From Hemiscyllium ocellatum (Eukaryota): DNA of 64,000 nucleotides. The translations under genes were made by a program, and so were the position numbers. The DNA lies in NCBI RefSeq assembly GCF_020745735.1, contig NC_083419.1, positions 63,522,135 through 63,586,134 on the forward strand, in the 5' to 3' direction. Of this stretch, positions 52,621 through 64,000 are shown one piece after another; positions within the stretch are counted from its first letter, which is position 1; each line of letters opens with the position of its first letter. The notes beneath the pieces were generated by a model. The model ran no database searches and was not told where the DNA came from. It saw only the letters and a list, made by a program, of their open reading frames with translations.

Positions 52621-53407
52621 TAAGAGAAACAACACAGCGATTGAGAAATCAGAAACCTTGCTCAAATCACTTGAAGCCATTTTAATTTATCAGCTTCTCT
52701 TTTCAAATTGGCGATGGCCTTTAAGTGGCATCTGAGGCACTAGATTTCACACAACCAGGTTTTTTTTTAAAATACTCATTTCTGGGATGGGGGTAACACT
52801 GGCTAGCCATAACTACAATAGACAACCACCTTGCTCTGTGGTCTGAAGTCACATGTAGGCCAGACCAGGTAAGGATGGCAGGTATCTTCCCCAAAGGGCA
52901 ATACTGAATTAGATGGGTTTTTCCATGAGTCAGCAATGACCATCATTAGACTCTTAACTCCCGATTTTTATTGCAGTCAAATTCCACCATCTGCCACAGT
53001 GGGATTTAAACTCAGGCTCCCAGAACATTATCTGGTTCTCTAGATTAACAGTCCAGTGATTATACCATTAGGCCAGCACCTCATCTCGTCACAGTGACTG
53101 AGATCCAAGTATAAATCCATACAGATCACAAGCACAGCAGCACAAACCTATCTCTGGCATTTTAGGGCCGACACGGAAGGTTATAGCAATCTGTTCATTT
53201 GACTGGTATTGGTTAAGAATTAAATATTCAGCCTGGAATGATCTCTCCTCTTTGAGTCAGGTCAGAAGTGTTTTATATCTCCCAAGAAGGCCAAGAAGGT
53301 TTTGTAATGCGAAGGGAGGAACATTATGCGCTGTACGACACCACTTGTATTTTGAACAGAGATTTGCTGAGTATCATTGCTGAGGGTAACAGGGCCAACT
53401 TCAGAAC

Positions 53408-53645
53408 TTCATATTAGAAAAGCATTGGTACATGAACAGAACGAGCTGCCAGAGGAAGTGGTGGAGGCCGGTACGATTACAACATTTCAAAGGCATCTGG
53501 ATGGGTATATGGATAAAAAGAGTTTAGAGGGATATGGGCCATGTGCTGGCAAATGGGTACTAGATTAATTTAGGATATCTGGTCAGCAGGATGAGTTGTA
53601 CTGAAGGGTCTGTTTCTGTGCTGTACAGCTCAGTGATTCTAAAAC
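53408..53645 (+). mobile_element. CR1 3' end
   Basis: NELPEEVVEAGTITTFQRHLDGYM. Confidence 0.8.
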
Positions 53646-53720
53646 TACAATGCAATGTCGCCTGGATTGGTATTATGAGACCTGGACTTTGGAGGGCAAA
53701 ATCAAATTGATTAATTTATC

Positions 53721-54018
53721 TTAGATTAGATTAGATTAGATTACTTACAGTGTGGAAACAGGCCCTTCGGCCCAACAAGTCCACACCGACCCGTCAAAGC
53801 GCAACCCACCCATACCCCCACATACACCCCTTACCTAACACTACGGACAATCCAGCATGGCCAATTCACCTGACCCGCACATCTTTGTGACTGTGGGAGG
53901 AAACCGGAGCACCCGGAGGAAACCCACGCAGACACGGGGAGAACGTGCAAACTCCACACAGTCAGTCGCCTGAGGCAGGAATTGAACCCAGGTCCCTGGC
54001 GCTGTGAGGCAGCAGTGC
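53721..54018 (-). mobile_element. HE1 V-SINE, slightly 5'-truncated
   Basis: (ttaga)n tail plus V-domain. Confidence 0.9.
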
Positions 54019-54431
54019 TCTGTGCCTTACTCTGCTGGGTAATCTTAGTAGACTGACCTTTGATAACGATTTTGCCATTCAATAGTCAATTGAAATATAA
54101 CTGAGGAATTGCCCAAAGTCAGGTGGGAATACACAACTCATTAAATCAACTATGTCTGTGTCTGATGACTGACCTTTATCTCATACGTCTTAAATTTGGA
54201 AACAACTGCAAGAGGTGAATGGGGCAAGCTATCTAATGCCTCTTGAATCAAGCAACAATTCAGTAAAACACAGCAATTGTACAAGTAATAGTTAACACCC
54301 TGGACATTCCTTCTCACAATGCTAGGTCAGGCACAGACTTCACTTTCAACAGGGAATGATCTTTCATTCCCTGGATCACGAAACCAAAACTGGAACAAAT
54401 TCAACTCTCTGCTGGGGGAGATGATACTGAC

Positions 54432-54646
54432 CTTTGAAAGCACTCAAAACCAGGTCACTCAAATCTGATTCCAACCCCCTCCAAATATAGCAGATCTCAA
54501 AAACCTTTGTCATGCTGAGTTTCTCCAACTTGGTCCAATTCTGGAATTTCCCAGAATGTAAAGAACAATAGCTGGTTAATATTCGTTCTGATAAATGTGC
54601 AGACTTCTTGCTGGGAGTAAATGCTTCCAAGTACCTGTCTTTCAAT
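54432..54646 (-). other. Exon-like open frame of unknown gene (215 nt, phase 2 to 1)
   Basis: atttatttgacag|LKDRYLEAFTPSKK...LSDLVLSAFK(G)|gtcagt; 71 stop-free codons; no homology I can name. Confidence 0.3.
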
Positions 54647-55611
54647 CTGTCAAATAAATTACCAAAGGAATTTCTAAGATTTCAGCAGCTTAGAAAAGAA
54701 TTTAGGAATCAAAACATCGGGGTCATATTCACTGATAGTGCAGAAACAAGTTACTTACATTTAAAGGCAAGATATTGAAATCGGTTTTCTATTATTTGCC
54801 ATTTTATTTCTGAAGTATTGATGTTTACAGTTAGTTTGGTTAATATTAATATCTCGTTGATACTCTAAATGATCGCGGCCATTGCAAGTCTAAAGTAGGA
54901 TGGGTAAGTTTACAGGAATCATGATCAAATCTGAACACATTCAGTGCCATTGTTGAATGCCCTCCAGGGAGAGGAACAGAATTTGGATAATTTACCTTCA
55001 GTGCCAATGGACAATGAGGCTGATTCCATGGGAGAGTGGGATTTGACCAGCACATTATGTTGTGTATAGCTTAGTGTCACATCAAATGTTATATTTGCAC
55101 AGCTTTGGAGGAGGAAATTACCCATTTTGTTCATGACATGATCAGCTTTGCATGGGGTAATGGAACAAATGAGGACGGCGGGTGCTGGAGATCAGAGATG
55201 AAGACGATGCCTGCTGTGCTTTTCCAGCGCCAACTTACCAACGTTACTTGGGGCAACAATTGATCTGGAATGTATAACCGATATATTAACCGTGGAATAT
55301 AAAATATAGAAGGAGTAGGCCATTCAGCCCATCTAGCCTGCTTCACCATTCAATATGATCATGGCTGATTACCCACTCAACACTGTTTCTGCCTTTACCC
55401 TACATCCTTTGATTCCGAAGAACTTTACTTAATTCGTTCTTGACAACATATTTGAATATCCTTTGAAGTCATATGCATTCAGTATGAAATACAGTGAAAA
55501 TTGTGTGCCACCACTCGTATATACACGCCATTCACAGAATAAAATTTCAAACAAGCTTAAAGAGAGTCCAACTTTTCCTACACCGTACGTACAGTATACC
55601 ACCACTGGAGG

Positions 55612-58600
55612 CCCCCTCTGGGCTACACTCGCCCACACCATACTGCCGATAATATGTCCCACCCTGGGCTACACTCGCCCACACCATACTGCCGATAATA
55701 TGTCCCACTCTGCGCTACACTGGCCCACACTATACCACCAAGACTATGTCCCACTCTGGGCTACACTCGCCCACACCATACTGCCGACAGTATGTCCCAC
55801 TTTGGGGCCACACTGGCCCACACCATACTGCCGAGAATACGTCCCACTCTGGGCTACACTAGCCCACACCATTCTGCCGAGAGTATGTCCCACTTTGGCT
55901 AAACTAGCCCACACCATACTGCCAAGATTATGTCCCGCTCTGGGCTACTCTAGCCTACAACATACTGCCGAGAATATGTCCCGCTCTGGGCTACACTAGC
56001 CCACACCACACTGCCGAGAATATGTCCCGGTCAGGGCTACACTAGCCCACACCATACCGCAGACTCTATGTCCCACACTGGGCTACACGAGGACACACTA
56101 TACTGCTGAGAATATGTCCCACTCTGGGCTACACCAGCCCACACCATACTGCCGAGAATAAGTCAAACTCTGAAATACACCAGCCCACACCGTACTGCCA
56201 AGAATACGTCCCACTCAGGATAACACTGGCCCACACCATTCTGCCGAGAATATGTCCCACTCTAGGCTACACTGGCACACAATAATACCGAGAGTATGTC
56301 CCGCTCTGGGCTACACTGGCCCACACCATACTGAGGCGAGTATGTCCCACTCTGGGCGACACTAGCCCACACCATACCGCAGACTCTATGTCCTACACTG
56401 GGCTACACTAGCCCACACCATACTGCCGAGAATATGTCCCATTCAGGGCTACACTGGCCCACACCATACTGCCGAGAGAATGTACCACTGTGGGATACAC
56501 TCGCCCACACCATACTGAAGAGAATATGTCCCACTCTGGGCTACACTGGCCCACACCATTCTGCCGAGAGTATGTCCCACTTTGGCTAAACTAGCCCACA
56601 CCATACTGCCGAGAATATATCCCACTCAGGGCAACACTGGCCCACACCATTCTGCCGAGAATATGTCCCACTCTAGCTACACTGGCACACAATAATACCG
56701 AGAGTATGTCCCGCTCTGGGCTACACTAGCCCACACCATACTGAGGCGAGTATGTCCCACTCTGGGCGACACTGGCCCACACTAAACTGAGGCGAGTATG
56801 TCCCACTCAGCTACACTAGCCCACACAATACTGCCGAGAATATGTCCCGATCAGGGCTACACGAGCCCACACCATACTGCCGAGATTATGTCCCGATCTG
56901 GGCTACGTTAGCCCACACCATACTGCCGAGAGTATGTCAAGCTCTGAAATATACTAGCCCACACCATAATGCCGAGAGTATGTCCCATTCAGGGCTACAC
57001 TAGCCCACACCATACTGCCGAGAGTAAGTCAAACTCTGAAATACACCAGCCCACATCACACTGCCGAGAATATGTCCCGATCAGGGCTACACTGTCACAC
57101 AATAATACCGAGAGAATTAGCCCACACCATACTGCCAAGATTATGTCCCGATCTGGGCTACGTTAGCCCACACCATACTGCCAAGAGTATGTCAAGCTCT
57201 GAAATATACTAGCCCACACCATAATGCCGGGAGTATGTCCCGCTCTGGGCTACACTGGCCCACACCATACTACCGAGTGTGTACCCCACTCTGGGCTGCA
57301 CTAGCCCACACCATACTGCTGAGAATATATCCCACTCAGGCCAACACTGGCCCAAACCATACTGCTGATGATATGTCCCGCTCTGGGCTACACTAGCCCT
57401 CACCATACTGCCGGGAGTATGTCCCACTCTGGGCTACACTAGCCCACACGATACTGCCAAGAATGTCTGCTCTGAGATACAATGGCCCACACCATACTGC
57501 CGAGAATATGTCCCACTCTGGGATACACTGGCCCACACCATACTGCCGAGAGTATGTCCCACTCTCGGCTAAAATGGCCCACAGCATACTGCCGAGAATA
57601 TGTCCCACTCGGGGCAACACTGGCCCACAATATACTGCCGAGAATATGTCCTGCTCTGCGTTACACTGGCCCACAATATACTGCCGAGAATATATCCCAC
57701 TCTGGGCTACACTGGCCCACACCATACTGACGAGGGTATGTCCCGCTTGGGGATACAGTGACCCACACCATACTGACGAGGGTATGTCCCGCTTGGGGAT
57801 ACAGTGGCCCACACCATACTGCCGAGAGAATGTACCACTGTGGGATACACTCGCCAACACCATACTGAAGAGAATATGTCCCACTCTGGGATACACTGGC
57901 CCATACCCTACTGCCGAGAATATGTCCCACTCTGGGCTACACTGGCCCACACCATACTGCTGAGAATATTTCCCACTGTGGGCTACACTAGCCCTCACCA
58001 TACTGAGGAGGTTAGGTCTCACTCTGGGATCACTAGCCCACACCATACTGCCGAGAGTATGTCCTGCTCTGCACTACACTGGCCCACACTATACCACCGA
58101 GAGTATGTCCCTCTCTCAGCTGCACTAGCCCACACCATACTGCCGAGAATATATCCCACTCTGGGCTACACTGGCCCACACCATACTGCCGAGCGTATGT
58201 CCCACTCTGGGATACACTGGCCCACACCATACTGCCGAGAGTATGTCCCACTCTGGGATACACTGGCCCACACCATACTGCCGAGAGTATGTCCCACTCT
58301 GAGATACAATGGCCCACACCATACTGCCGAGAGAATGTACCACTGTGGGATACACTCGCCCACACCATACTGAAGAGAATATGTTCCACTCTGGGATACA
58401 CTGGTCCATACCATACTACTGAGAATATGTCCCACTCTGAGATACACTGGCCCACACCATACTGCCGAGAGTATGTCCCGCTCTGTGTTACAATGGCCCA
58501 CACCATACTGCCAGGAGTATGTCCCATTCTGGGCTACACAAGCCCACACCAAACTGCCGAGAGTATGTAGCACTCTGGGCTACACTAGCCCACACTGTAC

Positions 58601-59512
58601 TGCCGAAAGTATGTCCTACTCTGGGCTACACTAGCCCACACCATACTGTGAGAATATGTCCTGCTCTGGGCTACACTGGTCTACTCCATACTGTCAATGG
58701 TATGTCCCGGTCTGGGCTACATTAGCCCACACCATACTGCCGAGAGTATGTCCCACTGTGGGATACACTCGCCCACACCATACTGAAGAGAATATGTTCC
58801 ACTCTGGGATACACTGGTCCATACCATACTACTGAGAATATGTCCCACTCTGAGATACACTGGCCCACACCATACTGCCGAGAGTATGTCCCGCTCTGTG
58901 TTACAATGGCCCACACCATACTGCCAGGAGTATGTCCCATTCTGGGCTACACAAGCCCACACCAAACTGCCGAGAGTATGTAGCACTCTGGGCTACACTA
59001 GCCCACACTGTACTGCCGAAAGTATGTCCTACTCTGGGCTACACTAGCCCACACCATACTGTGAGAATATGTCCTGCTCTGGGCTACACTGGTCTACTCC
59101 ATACTGTCAATGGTATGTCCCGGTCTGGGCTACATTAGCCCACACCATACTGCCGAGAGTATGTCCCACTGTGGGATACACTAGCCCGCACCATATTGTC
59201 GAGAGTGTGTCCCACTGTGGGATACACTAGCCCACACCATACTGCCGAGAGTGTGTCCCACTCTGGGCTACATTAGCCCACACCATACTGCCAAGAGTAT
59301 GTCCCACTGTGGGATACACTAGCCCGCACCATATTGCCGAGAGTGTGTCCCACTCTGGGCTACACTCGCCCACACAATACCGCTGAAAGTATGTCCCACT
59401 CTGGGCTACACTGGCCCACACCATACCGCCGAACGTATGTCCCGCTCTGGGCTAGATTAGCCACACCATACTGCTGAGAGTATGTCCCACTCTGGGCTAC
59501 TTTAGCCCACAA
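55612..59512. repeat. Minisatellite, 46-bp unit, about 85 copies
   Basis: Unit CCCACTCTGGGCTACACT(A/G)GCCCACACCATACTGCCGAGA(G/A)TATGT repeated head to tail; explains the dense ORF cluster at 55.4-59.5 kb. Confidence 0.97.
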
Positions 59513-59519
59513 CATGTCA

Positions 59520-59723
59520 CCGAGATGGTGACCCACTCCAGACTTCCCCACCCACACTGTACCACCACCCGGGGCCTACTCCATGCGGAAGCAAGAGTCC
59601 CCACTTCAGGATTCACAGGCCGACCGCCCATCTCTGCAGCCACGCTGCCTCTGACAACGCTGCCGCCTATATGGAGCCCATTGAAGCCACCTCCTGCTAA
59701 AGAGCTCTCTTTATCAGGTAAGT
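59520..59723. promoter_or_regulatory. Putative CpG-enriched, possibly bidirectional promoter / first exon
   Basis: Non-repeat GC/CpG-rich patch with ETS-like GCGGAAG (about 59585), GC-box CCGCCC (about 59624), X-box-like GCTGCCTCTGACAAC (59644-59658) and a perfect plus-strand donor CAG|GTAAGT at 59717/59718. Confidence 0.4.
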
Positions 59724-59789
59724 TTGAGGGGAAAAAGGGGATAGAAGGAAAAAGGAAAAAGGCAAAATGCAGATGAGGAGGACAAGCCT

Positions 59790-60100
59790 AGTCATGGGAG
59801 CCCGAACACTGCCTAAAGTGGTGCAGCCACATTATTTTCAATCATTCTCAACCAAGGCTCCCCACCCTCTGAGTGAAAAAAATTTCTCCTCATCTCCGTC
59901 CTTCATGGTCTAACCAATATCCTTAGACTGTGACTCCCAGTCTGGACTTCCTGCTCATCAGGAATATAATTTCCTGCATTTACCCTGTCTAGTCCTGTTA
60001 GAATTATCGAGGTTTTGATTAGATTCTGCCCCCTAACCTCCAGTGAGTATACTCCTAACTGAGCCAATATTCTTTCATAGGTCAGTCCTGCCATCTTAGG
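59790..60100 (-). mobile_element. CR1 3' fragment
   Basis: MAGLTYERILAQLGVYSLE...LIKT..ILTGLDRVNAG. Confidence 0.75.
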
Positions 60101-61225
60101 AAAGAGAGAATGTAGGAATGTAAATAGGGAGGTTGGTATAATGGCAACAACATTGAACCCATTGCACACTCACCCACAGATGATTTAATTGCTAGTTCCC
60201 AATTAAAATATGCATGTAGCAATTCCTATGATGATCCCTAGCACTGTGATTTTAACATCAAAAAGTACACTTTCATGTCCCATAGCTTTGGTCTCCCCAT
60301 CCAGAACCTTGTCGATTGGCATAGGCACTGTAAGCACTTATGGAATTTAACTCATGCAAGTGAATGTTCCCCCCGGGGCACTCAGTGACTTTTGACTTTC
60401 TCTTCAATTCCTATTTGTGGCCTTTGGTTCAGATGCTGGTTCCAGGGCAGAGACAGGCCTGCAAGTCTTCAAGTTAAGCCCAATTGGTATCATACTGACT
60501 TAAGGAGAGAGATGGGGGTTGATGGATGGAGTGGGGGGATAAGTAAGGGATGAAGAGGAACTGCTGTTCCGCCCCACTGAACCTATCCCTGGGTCAAATT
60601 GAGACATCTGTCTATGGAATTGATCCCAACAGTTCTTCAAAGTTGGAGTCATTCTGGTTTGCAAATAACAAATCCCTGCTTGGCTTACAATAAAAACAAT
60701 AGTGCTCTGTACACGAAGATAATTGTCTGATGATCTGCCTAGAATGTTGCCAGCATTTTCATTTGCATTATCCCATTCCTACCAACAGGAATGGGCTGTA
60801 CAATGGAATCCATTTCCAGCATTCTGTGAGAATTAACATTCAATGGGACAGACAGTTCCAAGATTTACAAAGCAGCAACATTCAGTTCTGCCAAGCAATA
60901 GGAGAGGAGCTTATTGCAAGGACCTCAATAGTGACTCAGGACAGTTCAGGGGTCACTAAAGGAGTGTTCAAAGGTTGCAGGCAGTTGGAGAAAGGGACAG
61001 GCATAATCAGAAACAAACTTCATGTTGGGAGTGCTGCAGTTAGCCGTACTCCCCAGAATCTGTGTAAGAGACTCTGTGAGGAATCGGGAGCAGCTAGATG
61101 GCACTATGCTGTTAGAACTTAAGGGAAGGTTCTAGGAATTAGTGGACAGCCCATTGTTGGTGTCAGGGCTCAAATGAGGTCCAGGAGAGCTGAGAAAGTA
61201 GAAAGATCCCTGGGTCTGTCTCAAG

Positions 61226-61548
61226 GGAACAGCACGGTGGCTCAGTGGTTAGCACTGCTGCCTCACAATGCCAGGGACTTAGGTTCAATTCCACCCTTGG
61301 TCAACTGTGTGGAGTTGACATGCCCACCCTGTGTCTGCATGGTTCCTTCTGATGCTCTGGTTTCCTCCCACAATCACAAAGATGTGCAGGTTAGGGTGAA
61401 TTGGCCATGCTAATTTGCCCACACTGTTCAGGGAATGTATCAGTAAGGAGTAATTGTTGGGGAATGGGTTTGGGTGGGATACTCTTCGGAGGCTTGGTGT
61501 GGACTTGATGGGCCAAAGGGCCTGTTTTCACACTATAGGGATTCTATG
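61226..61548 (+). mobile_element. HE1-type SINE
   Basis: Head, V-domain and tail. Confidence 0.82.
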
Positions 61549-61579
61549 AAATTCTTATGCTCAGAAGAGCCTGCTCGTA

Positions 61580-63690
61580 TCAGTGCTATAGGAAGGAGGG
61601 AGAGTGGTGTTTTTTTAATAAGGGATAACATTACAGCTGTACTTAGAGAGGATGTATCTGGGAGTACATTCAGGGAAGTTATTTGGGTGGAACTGAGAAA
61701 TAAGAAAGAGATGGTCACCTTATTGGGATTGTACTAGAGACCCCCTAATGGTCATTGGGAAATTGAGAAACAAACTTGTAATGAGACCTCAGCTATCTGT
61801 AAGAATAATAGGGTGGTTATGGTAGGGGATTTTAACTTTCCAAACATAGACTGGGACTGCCATAGTGTTAAGAGTTTAGACAGAGAGGAATTCGTTAAGT
61901 GCGTACAAGAAAATTTTCTGATTTAGTATGTGGATGCACCTACCAGAGAAGGTGCAAAATTCAACCTACTCCTGGGAAATAAGGCAGGGCAGGTGACTGA
62001 GGTGTCAGTGGGGGAGCACTTTGGGGCCAGCGACCATAATTCCAATAATTCTAAAATGGTGAGGGAAAAGGATAGACCAGATCTAAAAGTCAAAGTTCTA
62101 AGTTGGAGGAAGGCCAATTTTGATGGCATTAAGCAAGAATTTTCAAAAGCTGACTGGGGTCAGCTGTTCACAGGTGGAAAATGGGAAGCCTTCAGAAATG
62201 AGATATCGAGAGTCCAGAGACAGTATATTCCTGTCAGGGTGAAAGGAAAGGCTGGTAGGTATAGGGAATGCTGGATGACTAGAGAAATTGAAGTTTTGGT
62301 CAAGATAAAGAAGAAAGCATTTGTCAGGTATAGACAGCAGAAATCGAGAGAATCCTTAGAGTATAAAGGCAGTAGGAGTAAAATCAGGAGGGCAAAAAGG
62401 GGACATGAGATAGCTTTGGCAAATAGGGTTAAGGAGAATCCAAAGGGTTTTTACAAATACAGTAAGGACAAAAGGATAACTAGGGACAGAATAGGGCTCC
62501 TTAAAGATCAGCAAGGCTACCTATGTATGGAATGGCACAATTTGGGGGCGGGGGATAAAGATGAATATAGATACATCAGTGTTTACTGTGGAGAAGGTTA
62601 TGGAAGTTAGAGAATATGGGGAAATAAATAGTGATATCTTGAAAAATGTCCATATTGCAGAAGAGGAGTTGCTGAACATATTAAAATGCATAAAGGTTGG
62701 TAAATCCCCAGTGCCTTATTAGGTGTACCCTAGAACTCTGTGGGAAGCTAGAGAAGTGATTGCTGGGCCTCTTGCTGAGATATTTGTATTATCAATTGCT
62801 ACAGGTGAGGTGTCGGAAGACTGGAGGTTGGCTAAAGTGGTCCTACTGTTTAAGAAGGGTGGTAAGGACAAGCCAGGGACTACAGACTGGTGAGCCTGAC
62901 ATCAGTGGTGGGCAAGTTGTTGGACAGGCATGGCTTTGTACATGGAAAATCATTTCTCACAAACTTGATTGAGTTTTTGAAGAAGTAATGAAGAAGACTG
63001 ATTAGGGTGGACGTGATGGTGGACGTGATCCATATGGACTTCAGTAAGATGTTTAACAAGCTTCCCCATGGTAGACTGGTTAACCAATTAGATACAGAAC
63101 TGACCCGAAGGTAGAAGACAGAAGGTAATGGTGAAGGGTTGCTTTTCAGACTGGAGGCCTGTGATCAGTGGTGTGCCACAAGAATTGGTGTTGGGTCCAC
63201 TGCTTTTCATCATTTATATAAGTGATTTGGATGTGAACAAAGGAGGTAGGGTTAGAAAGTTGCAGGTGACACCAAAATTGAAGGTGTCATGGAGAGCGAA
63301 GAAGGTTTCCTTAGAGTACAATGGGATCTTAATCAGATTGGCTAATGGGCTGAGGAGTGCCAGATGGAATTTAATTTAGGTAAATGTGAGGTGCTGCATT
63401 TGAGAAAGGCAAATCAGGGCACGACTTATACACTTAATAGTAAAGTCCTGGGGAGTGTTATTGAACAAAGAGACCTTGGAGTGCAGGTTCATAGCTCCTT
63501 GAAACTGGAGTAGCCAATAAATAGAATAGTGAAGAAAGTGTTTGGTATGCTTTCCTTTATTGGTCAGAGCATTGAGTATAAGAGTTGGGAGGTCATGTTG
63601 CAACTGTATGCACCATTGGTTAGGCCTCTTTTGGAATATTCTGTGCAATTCTGGTCTCCCTGCCATAAGGAGGATGTTGAGAAACTTGAA
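61580..63690 (+). mobile_element. Long CR1/HER1 LINE ORF2 remnant (APE endonuclease + RT), with stops and frameshifts
   Basis: VMVGDFNFPNIDW; ORF 61930..62610 (PTREGAKFNLLL...ASDHN); [14 protein letters not shown]; LVRPLLEYSVQFWSP. Confidence 0.93.
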
Positions 63691-63885
63691 AAGTCACACA
63701 ACACCAGGAAACACTAGCTTTTGGAGTGCAGCTCCTTCATCAGGTGGTTGTGGAGTACGCAATTGTAAGCCACAGAATTTATGGCAAAAGTTTATAGTGT
63801 GATGTAACTGAAATTATACATTGAAAAATACCTTGATTGTTTGCTAAGTCTCTCATCTGTTAGACCGGCCATGTTAGTTTTACAC
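63691..63885 (-). mobile_element. Penelope pLTR fragment with hammerhead (G12 to A)
   Basis: Minus strand: cac CUGAUGA a GGAG-cugca-CUCC AAAA GCUA gug; abuts the end of the long CR1. Confidence 0.75.
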
Positions 63886-64000
63886 AAGAATCATAGAGTC
63901 ATAGAGATGCACAGCACGGAAGCAGACCCTTCGGTCTAACCCGTCCTATTCATATACCCATCCAAATCTTAAATATTGCAATTGTACCAACTTCCACCAC

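Noticed and set aside
55463-59424. Long ORFs (up to 217 aa) on both strands
   Set aside because: The unit is not a multiple of 3 and some variants lack stops, so ORFs arise in all frames; artefact of the repeat
55612-59512. 46-bp array as a CRISPR array
   Set aside because: No unique spacers (the whole unit repeats), no cas genes, vertebrate context
55612-59512. Array as tandem hammerheads (CTGACGAG/CTGAAGAG variants)
   Set aside because: CUGANGA appears only in minority variants, and there is no GAAA box after a stem II on either strand
60730-61122. 130-aa plus-strand ORF
   Set aside because: No recognisable motif or convincing splice sites; length is compatible with chance
61930-62610. 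226-aa ORF as a host gene
   Set aside because: Internal piece of CR1 ORF2 bounded by stops and frameshifts
33800-64000. TMEM213, the head-to-head neighbour of ATP6V0A4 in mammals
   Set aside because: Could not find a CC..GVDEYGWIAAAVGWSLWFL-like exon by eye; the 59717 exon encodes no signal peptide. It may lie outside the window.

Overview
Eukaryotic genomic DNA, almost certainly a shark: HE1/V-SINEs with a (TAATC)n tail, CR1/HER1 LINEs and Penelope elements dominate. Bamboo or epaulette shark is a guess. The one clear gene is ATP6V0A4 (V-ATPase V0 subunit a4) on the minus strand. Seven coding exons (20579 down to 1376; 728 nt, about 242 aa) have canonical GT-AG sites and consistent phases; the gene runs off the left edge. 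Candidate 5'UTR exons lie at about 23.0 kb and 33.5 kb. The rest is mostly decayed transposons: CR1 and L2 LINEs, two tRNA-derived SINE families, solo LTRs, a Gypsy integrase relic, Harbinger Myb/SANT relics and a Penelope (RT + GIY-YIG) copy. Most notable: (1) many short Penelope-terminus elements carrying minimal hammerhead ribozyme motifs, often built as inverted repeats with target-site duplications; one core-intact copy lies in the sense orientation of an ATP6V0A4 intron. (2) A 3.9 kb array of a 46-bp hairpin-rich repeat with a 9-unit higher-order duplication, abutting a possible bidirectional promoter. (3) An unexplained exon-like open frame at 54432-54646. Nearly all ORFs in the supplied track are repeat-derived or chance. 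Repeat boundaries are read by eye and approximate; exon boundaries were counted to the base.
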